A DNA stretch of 58,638 bases, the filler included, from Fonticula-like sp. SCN 57-25 (lineage: Eukaryota), in the NCBI GenBank assembly GCA_001724245.1. It is 3 parts of 3 records of this genome, joined end to end, with 100 filler letters (N's around TTAATTAATTAA, not from the genome) between each part and the next. Parts side by side here need not be neighbours in the genome. Positions count along the whole stretch, not along the records: positions 19,425 to 38,660 come from MEDX01000102.1; 2 more parts are not named here. One strand, written 5' to 3'. Of the stretch, positions 25,979-38,760 are shown piece after piece (the first letter of the stretch is position 1; every line of letters starts with the position of its first letter). The position numbers and the translations under genes were made by a program. The notes beneath the pieces were generated by a model. The model was not told where the DNA came from. It did no database searches and saw nothing but the letters and a program-made list of their open reading frames with translations.

Positions 25979-28900
25979 ATGCGCGCGCTCAGCGAGGCAG
26001 TGTCGCGCCTTGTCGAGCAAGACGCCAACGCACAGCACAAAGTATGTATCGTTTCACTTTTGCTTGTTCCATCTCTTTTCCGACGATTATTGATTAACGA
26101 ACTCGTTGTTTAGATCTTGACTGCGGAGGAATCGGCCGTTCTTACGCATCTGTCGTCGGTGCCGGAAACGTTTGCATCCTTCCTCAGCTTGCAGCATTTT
26201 GAGAACGAGTACGTTCATTTGCACACTTTTATGCATACATCGTTTCCACTGTTATTTCTCACTGCTGTTTTAGTGGCGTTTTGACGGTCGGCACGGTGCT
26301 GGCCAGCCGCCTTTTGATGCTGGTTCAGGAGCAATGCCTTGACAAGGTCTACCCAAGAGTCGTGGCTCCGCAGACCCCTGCCAGTGCGAGCGCCTCTAGT
26401 ACGAATAGCCCGAAAGCAGAGGAAGAGGAGGCTGGAGTGGAATCGCTGGCAGATGCCCTTTCTTTAATCTCGCAGCCTCTCACCGTTGCTTGGCTCGAAC
26501 AATACCTGTCATCCTTGAAAGGTACGCGAGGAATGCGACAGAGGTTGTGCTCACGCATGCGGCTCACTAGCTTTGTTCAACGAAAACACCCTGGAGGATA
26601 TGATATACACGATGGAAAGCGACGACCTCGATTGGCAGTCGCACCAGCGGGAGATGCGTGCCAATGCGGCAGGGGCTGCCCAGGATAGCAAGGCCGGCCG
26701 AGCCCCGCAACTGGCACGCCACACCGACGGCAAGGCGCAGCACTCTTTTAGTGCTCCAGCCACTGTTTCAAACGGACGCAGCCATATGAACTTGGTGCCG
26801 CCATCCGTCGGGCTTTGGCCCGAACTAGAGTCTGGCCAGTCTGTCTTGAGGCACCTCTGGTCTGCGGTGGACGCGGCAGTTCTCCGGGGCGAGTCAGTTT
26901 CTACGCACGAAGTGAAAGCGGTATGTTGCCGTTTTGTGTCTTTATTGCAACTCACGAGTCCCATTAGCTGCTTACTTCCCTCAAAACGACGGTGAAATCA
27001 AAGTGGGACGACCCCACACGCGTCAACCAAGGCGAGCTCTACGACCGTCTTGAATTTGTATGCTTTCATGCGATGTCATTTCTTTTGCTGACCCGTCTAT
27101 TTTAGGTTCTCAACAGTATTGTCAACTACAAGCGGTACTCGGAGCCATTTCTGAAGCCCGTTTCAAAGACGCGCTATCCTGACTATGTAAAGTATATCAC
27201 GCAGCCCATGGATATTAGCACGATGCAGGCCAAGGTACCGATACTGATATTCTTTGTTTTGGTGTCTAATGATTGATCTAGCTGCTGGCGCACGAGTACA
27301 AGAGCAAGGCGGATTTTGCGGCCGATCTTGACCTAATTTTTAACAACTGCCGACTTTACAACGGCAGCGATCCCACTCTTGACATTGTTCGGTATGTTTG
27401 CAGATATTGCTCCTTATGTTTTGCTGATCCATTTCTTTTCAGTGCCATGGAGGCGACGCAAAGAAAGGCCGAAATGCTGATGAAGCAGGTGCCCGATTTG
27501 CAAATTATCGAGAGGCCGGCGTCTGCCGTTCCACAAGAACCGAAGGGTGCGGGCAGCTTGGCGCAGTAAATGTCTCTAACACGCGTTCAGATGTGGACCA
27601 CGCCGACGCCATGCGCGAGTTGCACGAGTTTGAGGCCGGCATGGCGATGGTCCCCGGCTCGTTCTCGAGCACCGAGGGCGCTGCTGCTGATCCGGAAACC
27701 ACCGTGTCTGTTGAGCCGAGTGTGCCGGAAGGCACCGTGGCAGCCGATTCGTCCACCGAAGTTGTACAGGAAGATTTGGCGCCGCCGCCGTCGTTTCATC
27801 TTTCAAACGCGGGCGACCGCGACTTGTGCGTGCAAAACACTTTTTATCGCTCAGAAACGCGCGCTTTACGCCACGAGTATTATGTACGATTTTCTTTAAG
27901 TATTCTATGCCGGTTTTAACTTTGTTCAGTCTGCGCGGATTCAGCAGAGCATTCTCCCCTTTGGTGACCGAACGGCGCTGGTGAGATCGCCCGACCAGAT
28001 GGGCCAATACTACGACTGGGCCACGACGAGCCTGCGAATCCAGCGCCGCACGCCCGACAGGGACATGCTCGCATCGCTTGCCGTCTTTGATGGGCCAGTG
28101 AGCGTACCAAAGACCTGTACGCTGCTCACTATATGCATTGTCGCAATTTTTTACTCATCGGAATAGCAGCAAACCAACCTCGGTACTTTCCCGAGCTGTA
28201 CCCTCGCTCGCAGCTGCCGTACCTTCAAACGTCTCAGCCGTCCCACTCGTACGAATTCATTATTTTCTATATAGCGAGGCTCACTGAATGCGGCGCAGCT
28301 CGGAGCGGTTGATTGATGAATCGTCACTTAAACTGGACTCGAACAATATTGTGCTGAACACCGTCAGGACTATTCAACACGTGCGAGCTCTGCGGCCAGC
28401 GGTCCTCGAGCGGGAGGGCGTTGTTCGCACGGGGGTCCCAGCGGCACCCGAGAGCACACCTGCGCCCTCTGCGCCTCTGCATGCTGGCGAGCCGACCGTC
28501 GTTCGCGGTGCTCTGGATCGATCGGTTTCACGCCATGTTCTTTCGCAATCTGTTGCCGCGCTTGCTGCACACGCTGGCTATGATGGTGCGTTTTTGTCTC
28601 TGATGGTCGCGAGCCGGCAGCTAATGTGACATGCTAGTGATTGGGTCGTTCCCGTTGAACATGCTGGTGGATTTGGCGGAGGAGTTCTTTTCCAAAGCGG
28701 GCCGTGCTTTGCAGCTTTACAATGATACTTACGGCAAAACGATGAGCGGAATTGTACGCAGCACGAGAGGTATTTTTAGCGTATTAAACATGTGGTATAG
28801 GAAATGCTGGAGCACACTCTGAATGATCTTCAAGTAAGCACGCCCGATTTAAGCGACTACTTTTCGGAGGTACGACCGCGGCAGAAGGCGAGCGCAACAT

Positions 28901-29645
28901 TTACTAATTTGTGTCACCAGGGACTTGCAAGTTATCGCTTACGTCTGCTAAAGATCGAGCACGAGTTGAATTCGCGCCTCGACGCGACCGAAGCGGTACT
29001 TTTTTTCGTGCCATTGATTGCTCTGTTCCTCTGACGCGGTATTATAGGTCAACGAGCCGACCGACGAGGACGTTGCGTTTGTTTCGTACGCAACCGCAGC
29101 ATGACTAGCCTGTTGCTAAACTTTTTGTTTTCCCTTACAGCGGCAATTTTGGATGCCATACCGAGTTGAACTACCTCGGGCTTCGCGAGTCGCCTGCCGA
29201 CAACAAGCGCGTTCTTCCCGATGAGCTTTTGCTGCCAGAGTATTCTGCCAGCTATCGCTACCGCCAAAAGCGCGCTCGCCATGAAGAGTACGCAGTTTTC
29301 TACTGGGCTCCACTGGTAGCTCATACTTTGGTTTGCAGGGATAACTCTGTGTGGTGTGCCGCCATGGACACTCAGCTTGCGGTCAAGGATATGCACGCGC
29401 TCCCCGGTCTTGAACCGGCGCCTCCTATCGAGGTCGGCAATGTCATTGGGTTGATGCAGCCTTTGCTGACGTCAGCGGCGAGAGCGACATCGGGGACCAT
29501 CACGGAGGACGACGAATTGACACCCGTGCAAAAGCTCGAACGCAAGCGCGAGCGCGATACAGAAGCTGAGCTTAGAAAGGCGTCGCTGGCGACAAGGGCT
29601 ACATTGCTTGTACGGCCGCCCGCTCCGCCAGAAGCCGCCGCATGA
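25979..29645 (+). CDS. SPT7: SAGA subunit Spt7 (bromodomain + histone fold), many short introns
   Basis: SKWDDPTRVNQGELYDRLE..VLNSIVNYKRYSEPFLKPVSKTRYPDY...PMDISTMQAK..YKSKADFAADLDLIFNNCRLYN matches the fungal Spt7 bromodomain. Histone fold LSQSVAALAAHAGYD...LVDLAEEFFSKAGRAL, then GNFG...NYLGLRE. Confidence 0.88.
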
Positions 29646-29770
29646 TTTCTCGTGTAAAGTAAAGTATTGTCTACTATTGTGTACTAATCGCAACCTGCCA
29701 AATAAATAACATGTATTGCTAAAAGGTGTATTGTGTGCATTGCGAGTAAAAGTAACATGTCGAGCATTCT

Positions 29771-32700
29771 TCAAGGTTGCCTGGGTACTACCAGATTGTC
29801 ACTATCCATCTCTACATCACCGTCATCTTGATATGCGGTTGGACCCGTGTTCTGCGCGCTACTGGGATCCTGCTCGTTCACCGGTGGCGTATAGGGAGGC
29901 GGCGCGTCATAACCGCTAGTTGATGCGTCGCCTTGCTCGTTCTCAAAAGGGACCGTGTCAGGGTTGCCCTTCACATCGTGAGCATACAAATTCGCCGCAT
30001 AGGCACCCTGCTGCTGCTGCTGCTGCTGATGCGTATGTGTGGCATGCTGCTGCTGCTGCTGCTGATACATATGATCAGCAGATTGCTGTTGCATACCAGC
30101 AGGTACTTGTCCAGGAGCAGCATTGTATGGGTACGCCTGAAAAACTCCATCGGCACTCGATCCTTGCGCAAGAGCAGCATAGGGCACTTGCTGTTGATGA
30201 GCACCAGCAGCGCTCTGTCCTTGTCCACGAGGAGCATTCAGCACGTTTTGCTGTTGCACACCAGCCGGTCCTTGTCCATGAGCAGCATTCGGTACGCTAT
30301 GCTGATGGACACCAGAAGTACTCGGTCCTTGCCCAGGAGCAGCAGTGGACACGTGCTGCTGAACACGAGCATGGCTCTGTCCTTGTACAAAAGCTCCATT
30401 GTGCCCATAGTGTTGCACGCCAGCATGGCCCTGCCCTTGCACAGGGGCAGCATTTGGCACGTGTGGCTGATGCATACCAACAGCGCTCGGTCCTTGCGGC
30501 GGGGGGGCATTGTGTGGATACTGCTGGTTCACACCAGCCGGTCCTTGTCCAGGAGCAGCAATATGTGAGTACTGCTGATGATGCATACCTGCCCGTCCTT
30601 GTGTAGGATCAGCATTGTACGGGTGCTTTTGATCAAAACCAACATGTCCCGGTCCTTGGCCAGCAGCCACATTCTGCACATGCGGCTGTTGCACGCCGGC
30701 CGGTCCTTGTCCAGAAGCAGCATTCGGCACGACCTGCTGTTGCACAGGAACATCGCGCACTTGCGAACGCACGTCACTCGACAAGGCATGCGTCGCATGC
30801 GCTGCCGGTTCCCTCGCTGGAACTTGCCCCCTTTCACCAACTGCCTCGTTGCCTCGGGGCTCTCCCTTGTATCTGAGGTACATCACAACCGGGATGTGAT
30901 CTGACGGGTGATGGGGGCTAGGGATGACTTTAACAGGCTGGTTGTTATTGAGGTAGTCAATTCCGTAGTTGAGTGGCACCGGCGAATAGTCATCCTTGGC
31001 AACAAAGGCAAATGCATCCTTGGAGAAGAAAAAGTGATCCACAGCGCGAGAAATCTCATGCGTGCGGAAAGTCGGAAAGTTATAGGTACACGCGGCAAAC
31101 TCGCCCTGGTAATCTTTAAGGAAGTCAACAACGGGAGAGTCTACATCGTCATTAAAGTCGCCGCAAATAATCAGCGGGAGCCCGGGGTACAGTTGATGAA
31201 TCTTTTCAAGCGGTGGTTAGAATACCGAAACATGAACAGAGAAAGCGTACAGTGGAAAGCGCCTGGTGCATATCCTTTTTGCGCTCCTGCAGCATTGTAG
31301 GATCTCCAACCAAATGAACAGCGAGAAGACCTGTTTCAAACTTCATCTTTTTGCTGCGAAGAATCATAAACATGCTCTCCTTGTTATCTTGGAAACTGGA
31401 AGGAATCATCATGTGATCCCTGTTGTCAGTCGGCACAACACTAAATTATCTCACGGTAAGAAGGCGTATCTACCACAGCAGATAATAAACGCACCTCCAG
31501 TCGCGCTTCTTGGTCAATACTGCAATAGTGGAGGTTCCCATCGACAACATCACCGTCAGCTGGTACTCGGCAAGTTCGCCCTTATCAGAAGTAGCCATGC
31601 GAAGTAGGTTGAAAAAGTTTGGCTGCACCTCCTACTCACGCTATTAGAGGCGGCAACGATCTAAACCGGCACGCACCTGCAAGGCAATAATGGAGGAATC
31701 AAGACAGGCAAGTTGCTTGATAAGAAGATTATGGCGAAACTGTGCTTTGCCAAAAGTGGCATCGGCAGCATATGGCGCAAACTGCATTGTGACGAATGAT
31801 TGGCCGAGCACATTGTAGCTGGCCACCGAGAAAATATCTATCATCGAGGTTAGAATGACGTAAACGCAGTGACGTAATCGCACCATCGGCCAGAAGCATG
31901 CGGCTGCGCACGCTCCAGAAATGCGGATTCCCTTGAGGGGCAGCCGGCCTGGGCTGCGCGTGATTGGCGTGAGGGGTAGCCTGGCCGGCGGGCGCGCCCG
32001 AATACGCTGGGGACCCATATGCTTGAATAATGTCAACAAAAACCGTGTCAAACATGATATCGCACCTTGCGTGGACGGGTGGTGCGGGGCAGTCGTGTTC
32101 CCAGACGTTGCACTCGCGCGAGGTTGCTCTTGCCTGACGGGCGCGCTTGAGTGCGATTGGGTTCCGGGTGCTTGAAGAATGTTAACACAAAAGCCGTTTC
32201 AAATGGAGTATCGTACCTGTCGTTGGCGGGCGCTGTGTAGTGGTGGGCTGTTGGGCTGCCGACACGTGGCGATCTACGCTGTTGCTACCGCCGGCTGTCT
32301 GCGGGTGGGGCGAAGAGGAGCGGCCATTCTGGAAATTATTTGATCCACCGTATCCTCCTCCAATGGACGAGCTAACAAGTGGCGATCCTCTTGGTGCTGG
32401 GTCTGCAGACAAAAGTTGGACTGCAGAGGTATGAGAGGCGCGCAAAACGCAGAATAGGGCTGCGTACACTGCGGGTACTTCTTGTTGTTCACATCAATGG
32501 CGCGCCGAACATGATCCAAAAGAGCATGGCCTTGTGGAGGCGAAATGAGAATAAAGTTGGAAAGCGATGCAGAATATTCCATGTACTGGTAGATTTGGTT
32601 GATGACATGCACGCAGTAGTCCTCTTTGCTGACAGTGTTGTTCGCCACTCCCATGAATGGAATGGCGAGCGACTTGACTTCAGACTGGTCTGCAAGCATA

Positions 32701-33123
32701 AGCATTGTTTTCAAGGTGTCTCGAAACTTCTCAACGTCCTTTGTGGTCCAACGTTGTCCGGCAGAAGTGGGGATCGGTGGAAGCGTGACGAAAAGAAAGT
32801 TCTTGTATTGATCAGCAGTTGCCTGATCGTTCTTCACAAAGTCGTCCTTTACATATTCCATATGAGCTAAAACAGCACTCACGTTAAAGAGCAGAACATC
32901 ATAACCTCAATGCGTACGGTACACCTTACGCAGAGCGCTCACCAAACCACCGCCCAGGGGTCGCTTATCAAACCTTGGCACTGCTACCGCGTCGGCCTCG
33001 AGAGACTCGATCCCCGCGGTTGTCCCTTTAGCAAAGTCAGTCTCCGCAAAGCCGCGCAGGTGACAGGCCCGTACATGTCACTTTGAACCTGCCGTCCACG
33101 CTCGCAAAGACCGTGTCCCCCAT
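29771..33123 (-). CDS. Macro-domain + EEP (CCR4/nocturnin/Angel-like) phosphoesterase + Q/H/G-rich repeat fusion protein
   Basis: Spliced reading MGDTVFAS...GIESLEADAVAVP...LGGGLVSAL...LMLADQSEVKSLAIPFMG (Macro-like), a linker joined by frame-compatible phase-1 introns, then FSVASYNVL, IIALQE, AVHL, LIICGDFND, VDHFFFS and HPSDHIPV (the complete EEP motif set), then repeats. Confidence 0.82.
30005..30760 (-). repeat. degenerate 57-66 nt coding tandem repeats (NAAPGQGPAGVQQQH-like, about 11 units) and polyQ
   Basis: Recurrent ...GTCCTTGTCCAGGAGCAGCA... units on the + strand; CTG runs at 30008-30065. Confidence 0.9.
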
Positions 33124-33408
33124 GGTGGCAGCGAGCAGCTGCAAAGTCTGACGGGCAGACGGCAGGCAGACAACTCCTTATGCTTACCACAGCGTACGCA
33201 ACTTTAGTTTGCAGTTTGCAACTACTGTGATAAATCGACCATTTCTTTCGGCGCTGCCCTTGTCGAACAACACAGCAGCGGTTCAAACCTGGTTCAAGCT
33301 ACGCCCGCAGGAGGCAGGAGTGTTGTAGTAGCTGGCAGGCCAGAGCGCCAGTGAGCGTACTGGTACAATACACGGAGGGGGCGTCCCTTTCTGAGCCATC
33401 TACGAAAG

Positions 33409-36400
33409 ATGCTGCTTCGTCGGGTCGCGCTAGGGTCGGCCCTGGTGGTGGCCTTGTCGCTATGGTTTCCATTGGTCTTGGCGGTATTGCTGGCCATCTT
33501 GGCAGTGGTCGCGCTTGTTGCGGGCGGTATGATAGCCGCCGTGGTAAGAGCGAGGGAAAAGGCGGGGCTTCCCTTTGTGCGCGTTATCCGGCCGTTGTCA
33601 CTCGTACGAGAGTGGTCGACGGTCGAGTCGGCAAGGCGGTTGGAGGCCATGGAGCATCCTAAGCGGGCCGTTGTGGAAACGATGTCGATCGGTGCTCAGT
33701 AAGCCCCTTTTCACTTTTAGTAGAGTAAGCGTTCTAACGTTTATTTGTGTCGTAGGATCGAAGAGGCGTTTTCACTTGTTATTCGCGATTACATCAAGTC
33801 GTGGTACATGACGTCGATCTCAACAGAGGAAATTGTGGTGCACACCTTGGAGTCCCATCTGCGCGACTCGCTGGTTGAGATCAAGGATCGCGCAGTGAAT
33901 GTTGACCTTGTTTCGGTCATGGTTAAGAAGTTGGGTGCGTTGGGCCAATACTCTTTCGCTTGCGTACTCATGGCGTGGCGTGCTTGCAGTCCCTGTCTAC
34001 ACGTATCACATGGCGCAGCACCGGATCGCATACTCTGAAGTGCGGAAGCAGTTTATGAAGAAAGCCAATGCAAAGGTGGACCTGACAGAGTCCGAGGAGC
34101 TGGACCGCCTGCTGGCATCGCACTACCGCAAGGGCCAGGTACGTTCCGCACGTCTCGATGACGCCCGGCTAACGACGACACGCAGCTGCACCGCGCTCTC
34201 TCCAAGAACGGCGACGTCGAGAGCGAGTTTGCGTATTTGCGCATGGTGGTGGACCTATTTTTGCCGCTTATCTTGCATCCTTCCACGCTAAAGAGCGATG
34301 GTCACCGCCTTGTCGTGCGAGAGATCGTGGCCTGCAAAATTGTACGCCCGCAGCCCTCTCGCAGCGAACGCGTTTGCTGACCGCTATATTTTTAGCTTCA
34401 CCCAATTCTCGAGATGATCTCGGACCCCGATTATATCAACCAGAACATCGAGTATTTTGTGCGTATCCGCCTTGATTTCCCAGGACGCGACTAACATTTG
34501 GTATGTGCGGTAGGCGGGCAAGCAACTGGACGAGCAGTGCGTCTTTTTCCTCGTTTTGTGTTTGTATGTCATACTAATTATCATTAATTAGGCGCGTCGT
34601 CCGAACCTTCCGCGAGACGCTGGATAAAATGTTTAGCACCGGCATGTCGCTGCAAGCAGAGCCGCGCTCCGATCGCTCCGAAACAAAGCTCGAGTCCCGT
34701 GCCGACGCCAAGGAAAAGTCAGCAGCGTCAAAGGACGCATCCTCGGCACCCCGCACGTTCGACGACTTTCTTCGACTTATCAACGAGTGTAACACTGTCG
34801 TGGATGCCAAGCGCATCCGCCACCAAATTCTGGCCGAGTATAGCAAGAAGGAAGGGCAAATTCGTACGGCTTTCCAGTTCTTTGCTACGGTCGACTAATG
34901 CATATGTTGATAGGCGGAAAGAAAGACAACGAGCTTGTTAGTGGAACGCGCGTGGGCGAGTTCAAGCGGTACCTTAACCGCCTCGCGCTTGCCAGGAAAA
35001 AGTGCGAGCGCAAGATCAAGGAGCTCGGCGGGTCATATCACGCGGTGCGCAGTGGCTGTGGCGTATGCGGCGTTGCTTACTTTTGATCAATATAGGACGC
35101 GCATTCTATGAACCTCAAGACGGTCGCCGACGAGCACATGAAGCGCACGGGTGAAATGACCTTAAGAAAGGTTCTCCGGTCGCACTCTGCACTCTTTTAC
35201 TTTATGGAGTTTGTTGAGCGCACGGGTGAAATGAACGTCCTTCAATTCATGCTGACGGTCGACAGGTACGCCTTCCTTTTCCTAGTTTCTTTAGTTCGTT
35301 TTGTGGTTGCTGAACAGGGTGCGCAGCTTCCGTACCACGGTCTCGAACGAGACGGCGCAGATGCGCGACGACATGAGGGCGGTCATTGGCCAGTACCTGC
35401 TGCCGTCTTCTCCGGAGCGCGTCGACATCTCGGTACGCGCTTCTCTGTTAAACTTTGTCATGCTCATCTCCTTTACGTACAGCCTGAAACCCTGGAGGCA
35501 GTTGTTGCGTTCCACTCTAACCAAAACGAGGACTTTGCAGGGTACGCGTGCTTACCTCGTATATAGCTCTGCGCTAACACCCGCTCAGCCTATTTCGTGC
35601 TTATGACGAGGTGTATGCGCGCATGGAGAGGGGCCTTTTCTCCTCTTTCCTCAGCTCCGATCTCTTTTACCGCTACGCCTCGGACCCGGCTGCCCAGGCC
35701 GAGCTTGCGTTCGAGAACGAGGCATCGGAGCCCGTGGCCATCCCGCAGGCGTCACAGTCGCAAGTTCTTGCGTCGTCCATGTCCGAGTCTATTCTCGGCA
35801 CGTCGTACTCGGCCTCGCACGACTTTGAGACCAGCCCGATCCGATCCCCAGAATCGAGCGCCTCCCATTTTGCGTCGAGCATCGACCAGCAGGAGGGCCA
35901 CGCGCTGCGGCACACGTACTCTGACCACGCGCTGTCGACAAAGAGTGTAAAGTCGGACGACGACGAGGAGGACGAAGAGGACGAGGGCATTGCGCCGACG
36001 CGGCGGCTCCAGGCCGAGTCGCTAGAGAATAGCGCGACCGTCGCTGCCGTTGAGTCTGCCTTGCAAAACATTCTGCAGTCGAGGGACTCGCCCGCGTTGG
36101 ACGATGGCTTGACGGAAGGTCGCGAGCGCAGAGCAAGCATGTTTGCGTACGACCATGTCGAGCAGGAGACGGACGAGGTGCGCTATTTGTGTCTGTTTGA
36201 GTTGTATTTTAACATGGGTTTTCGTAGCCGGCGGCCGAGATTGATCGATCCCCCGGCGACCTCCTCTCCACCAATGATCTGCTGTCCGACATTAAGGAGA
36301 GCATCGACAGCATCATGCAAAAAGAGGCCATCGTTGACGCGCTCATGATGCGCGAGAAGAAGAGCAGGCGCGCCGACAAGGAGGAACAGCTGCGCGTGCT

Positions 36401-37786
36401 GCGCCTTTCAAAGGCCCAGCTGCAGCAGGAGCTGCGCGAGTTGTTGTTTAAGCGAAGCAAGTTTGAGACGCAGCAGGATAAGGACGTGATCGTCCCGGGG
36501 GCGTGGAATGTATATATTTCGTCCTCGACGACTGGGTTTGACGAGAGCAATAACGCGTTTGCGCTGTACCTTATTGAGGTGCATCGCGCGGATCCCGACA
36601 ACCCGTCCGGTTGGGTCGTGGCGCACAGGTTCGTTTTCTTGTATGGTTTTGGCCGGCAAGGTACTGACCTCGAGTAGATACCGGGAGTTTAGCGACTTGC
36701 ACGCCAAGCTCAAGGCGCGTTACCCTGCTTCCATCGGATCCCTGGAGCTTCCTCGAAAGCAGGCGTTCAACAAGCTCTTTAAAATGCGCACGGATTTCGT
36801 CGAGGAGCGTCGGTTAGGGCTGCAGACGTACCTGCAGACGCTCATGAGCAACGCCGAGTGTTGCCGCAGCCCCGAGCTGCGCGATTTCCTGTGCCAGCGT
36901 CCCACTCCGCAGACCAACTTTCAGCGCGAGTTTGGCGACATTACACAGGCGAGCTCTCACAGCTCTGATAGGCACGCGCGCCATATATTATATTTGGCTC
37001 TCTAACCACAAATTCTTTAGTTTCTTCCCGAAATCGTTCAAGAAAATGTCTGCTGCCGTGGACACGCTCGTCAAGCCGTTCTCTGGAGTTTTGGATGATG
37101 TGTTTTCTGGTCACGACAAGACAAAGGACTCGAGCGAAGTGGCAGCTGTGCCCACGTACGTGCCACCGCCAATCCCGCAGGCTGCATCATCGACGTCAGA
37201 CCCCTACGACCTCGATGAGCGCGACGAGATGTACGGCGCGCAGGGGCTCAAGGTCGACGGCTTTACCTCGATTGCCGAGCCGCTTATGAACCTTATTTTG
37301 GAATTATTCGAGATGAAGGAGCGCAGCAGCTACTTGAGGCGCCAAGCAGTACTTTTGATCCTTCAGCAGATTTTGGGTGGAACCATCGAGAGGTATGGGG
37401 CAATCTTAGGCGTGGCGCGTGTTCTCACCGAGGTTGGGCATTTTAGGAAAGTGACGGAGAATATTCTGTGGCTTGTCAAGGAAGATATGGTCGCGTGGTA
37501 TGTTTCGCGGTTCATTTCCACGTGGTGGCCCGGCGGCGAGCTTGTGATGTCATGGCCGCCCCGCTCAATGGAGCAGCGCGAGCAGACTAAGAAGCAGGCG
37601 AAATCCAAGCTGCTGGCCGCATTGCCTGATGCATTTATGAGTATGATTGGCCACGAAAACACGCGGCGCGGTGGCGTGCGCCTTTTTGATGCGTTCCAGT
37701 CACCCCTTTTGAACAAGCACCTCATGTACACGCTATTCGACGAAATTATCCTTTCGATATTCCCTGAGCTGCAAGACCAGCTATAG
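33409..37786 (+). CDS. MDM1: Mdm1/SNX13-14-19-25 family sorting nexin (TM-PXA-RGS-PX-Nexin_C)
   Basis: N-terminal TM hairpin; PXA (LVIRDYIKSWY, VREIVACKI..PILEMISDPDYINQ); RGS (LRKVLRSHSALFYFMEFVE); PX (WVVAHRYREFSDLHAKLK, FVEERRLGLQTYLQ); Nexin_C (WWPGG, FDAFQSPLLNKHLMYTLFDEIILSIFPEL). Confidence 0.92.
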
Positions 37787-37959
37787 TCTTGCGTGCTGCC
37801 TTTCTGCGTTGTAGTTCCATACCTGTACTTTACCCGTATACCATATATCTCCATGGCACCCGTACCCCAAACTTTGTGTTGTCCAGTGATCGATCAAGGA
37901 TTGCAACGGGCATTCTTTATTAAATAATTCAGAGTAGATCGATATGTGTCGACGGCAGC

Positions 37960-38660
37960 TTAGAGCTTGCTCGAAATGGTGGCCGGCTCGCAGATCGCCT
38001 GCATGTCGTGAAGGGCACCACGAATGGCCTTGGTCATGTCGGCCGACTTGGCCCACGAGCGCAGGTTGGCGACGTTGTAGTTGAGGTAGTTCTTGTTGAT
38101 CATGTACGCGATGCCAAAGCCATCCGGAACAACCTAAAAGGCGCTGCTGTCAGCACCGAGCTATAAATTGGCTAGAGTAGCGCACCTCGCCCCAGCCGTA
38201 ACCCTCAAAGTACTCGCTGCTCAGCTGCGAGGTGGAGAGGTTCCAGCGCGAGCTGCGCGCAAAGAGGGGGTCCTTGAAGAAAGCGTGGTTCTCACCCGCG
38301 TTCTGGAGAAGACGCAGACCTGCAACCGTCGTTGAGCAAAACTCTTTGCGCCACTGCCAGCGTCGTACCCATCAGGTGGCGGTCGCAGCCGTTGGCGTTG
38401 ACGGCCTCGGTCATGTACTTGACGTGGGCGTCGCAGGCCTCGCGGAGGAGCTTGAGGCGCTGCGCGGGCTATGGAAAATCAGGTGAGCCTTAGAAGATTA
38501 GGTCAAAGCGGCATACCGTCGCGGCGGGGTCCTGCATGGACTTGACCCACGCGACCGACTCGTTCGAGACCGTACGCACGACCTCGGTACGACCGGCGGC
38601 GTACTTGCGGGTCTGCGCCGACTCGTAGGTGGAGCGGCACACACCAAAGACGCGGTAGTA
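37960..38660 (-). CDS. CAT2: carnitine O-acetyltransferase C-terminal part (5' truncated) with PTS1
   Basis: STYESAQTRKYAAGRTEVVRTVS, GCDRHLMGLRL and LSTSQLSSEYFEGYGWGEVVPDGFGIAYMI; ends ...ISSKL* (peroxisomal PTS1). Confidence 0.92.
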
Positions 38661-38760
38661 NNNNNNNNNNNNNNNNNNNNNNNNNNNNNNNNNNNNNNNN
38701 NNNNTTAATTAATTAANNNNNNNNNNNNNNNNNNNNNNNNNNNNNNNNNNNNNNNNNNNN
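38661..38760. other. artificial contig spacer
   Basis: N44-TTAATTAATTAA-N44. Confidence 0.98.

Noticed and set aside
30005-30760. CRISPR-like or non-coding repeat array
   Set aside because: Units are degenerate, lengths are multiples of three, there are no unique spacers, and they lie in frame within a eukaryotic CDS.
35142-35234. Exact 18-nt direct repeat AGCGCACGGGTGAAATGA (RTGEM twice) in MDM1
   Set aside because: In frame within an intact RGS region, and the enclosed sequence is conserved domain, so it is not a target-site duplication; likely chance or local conversion.
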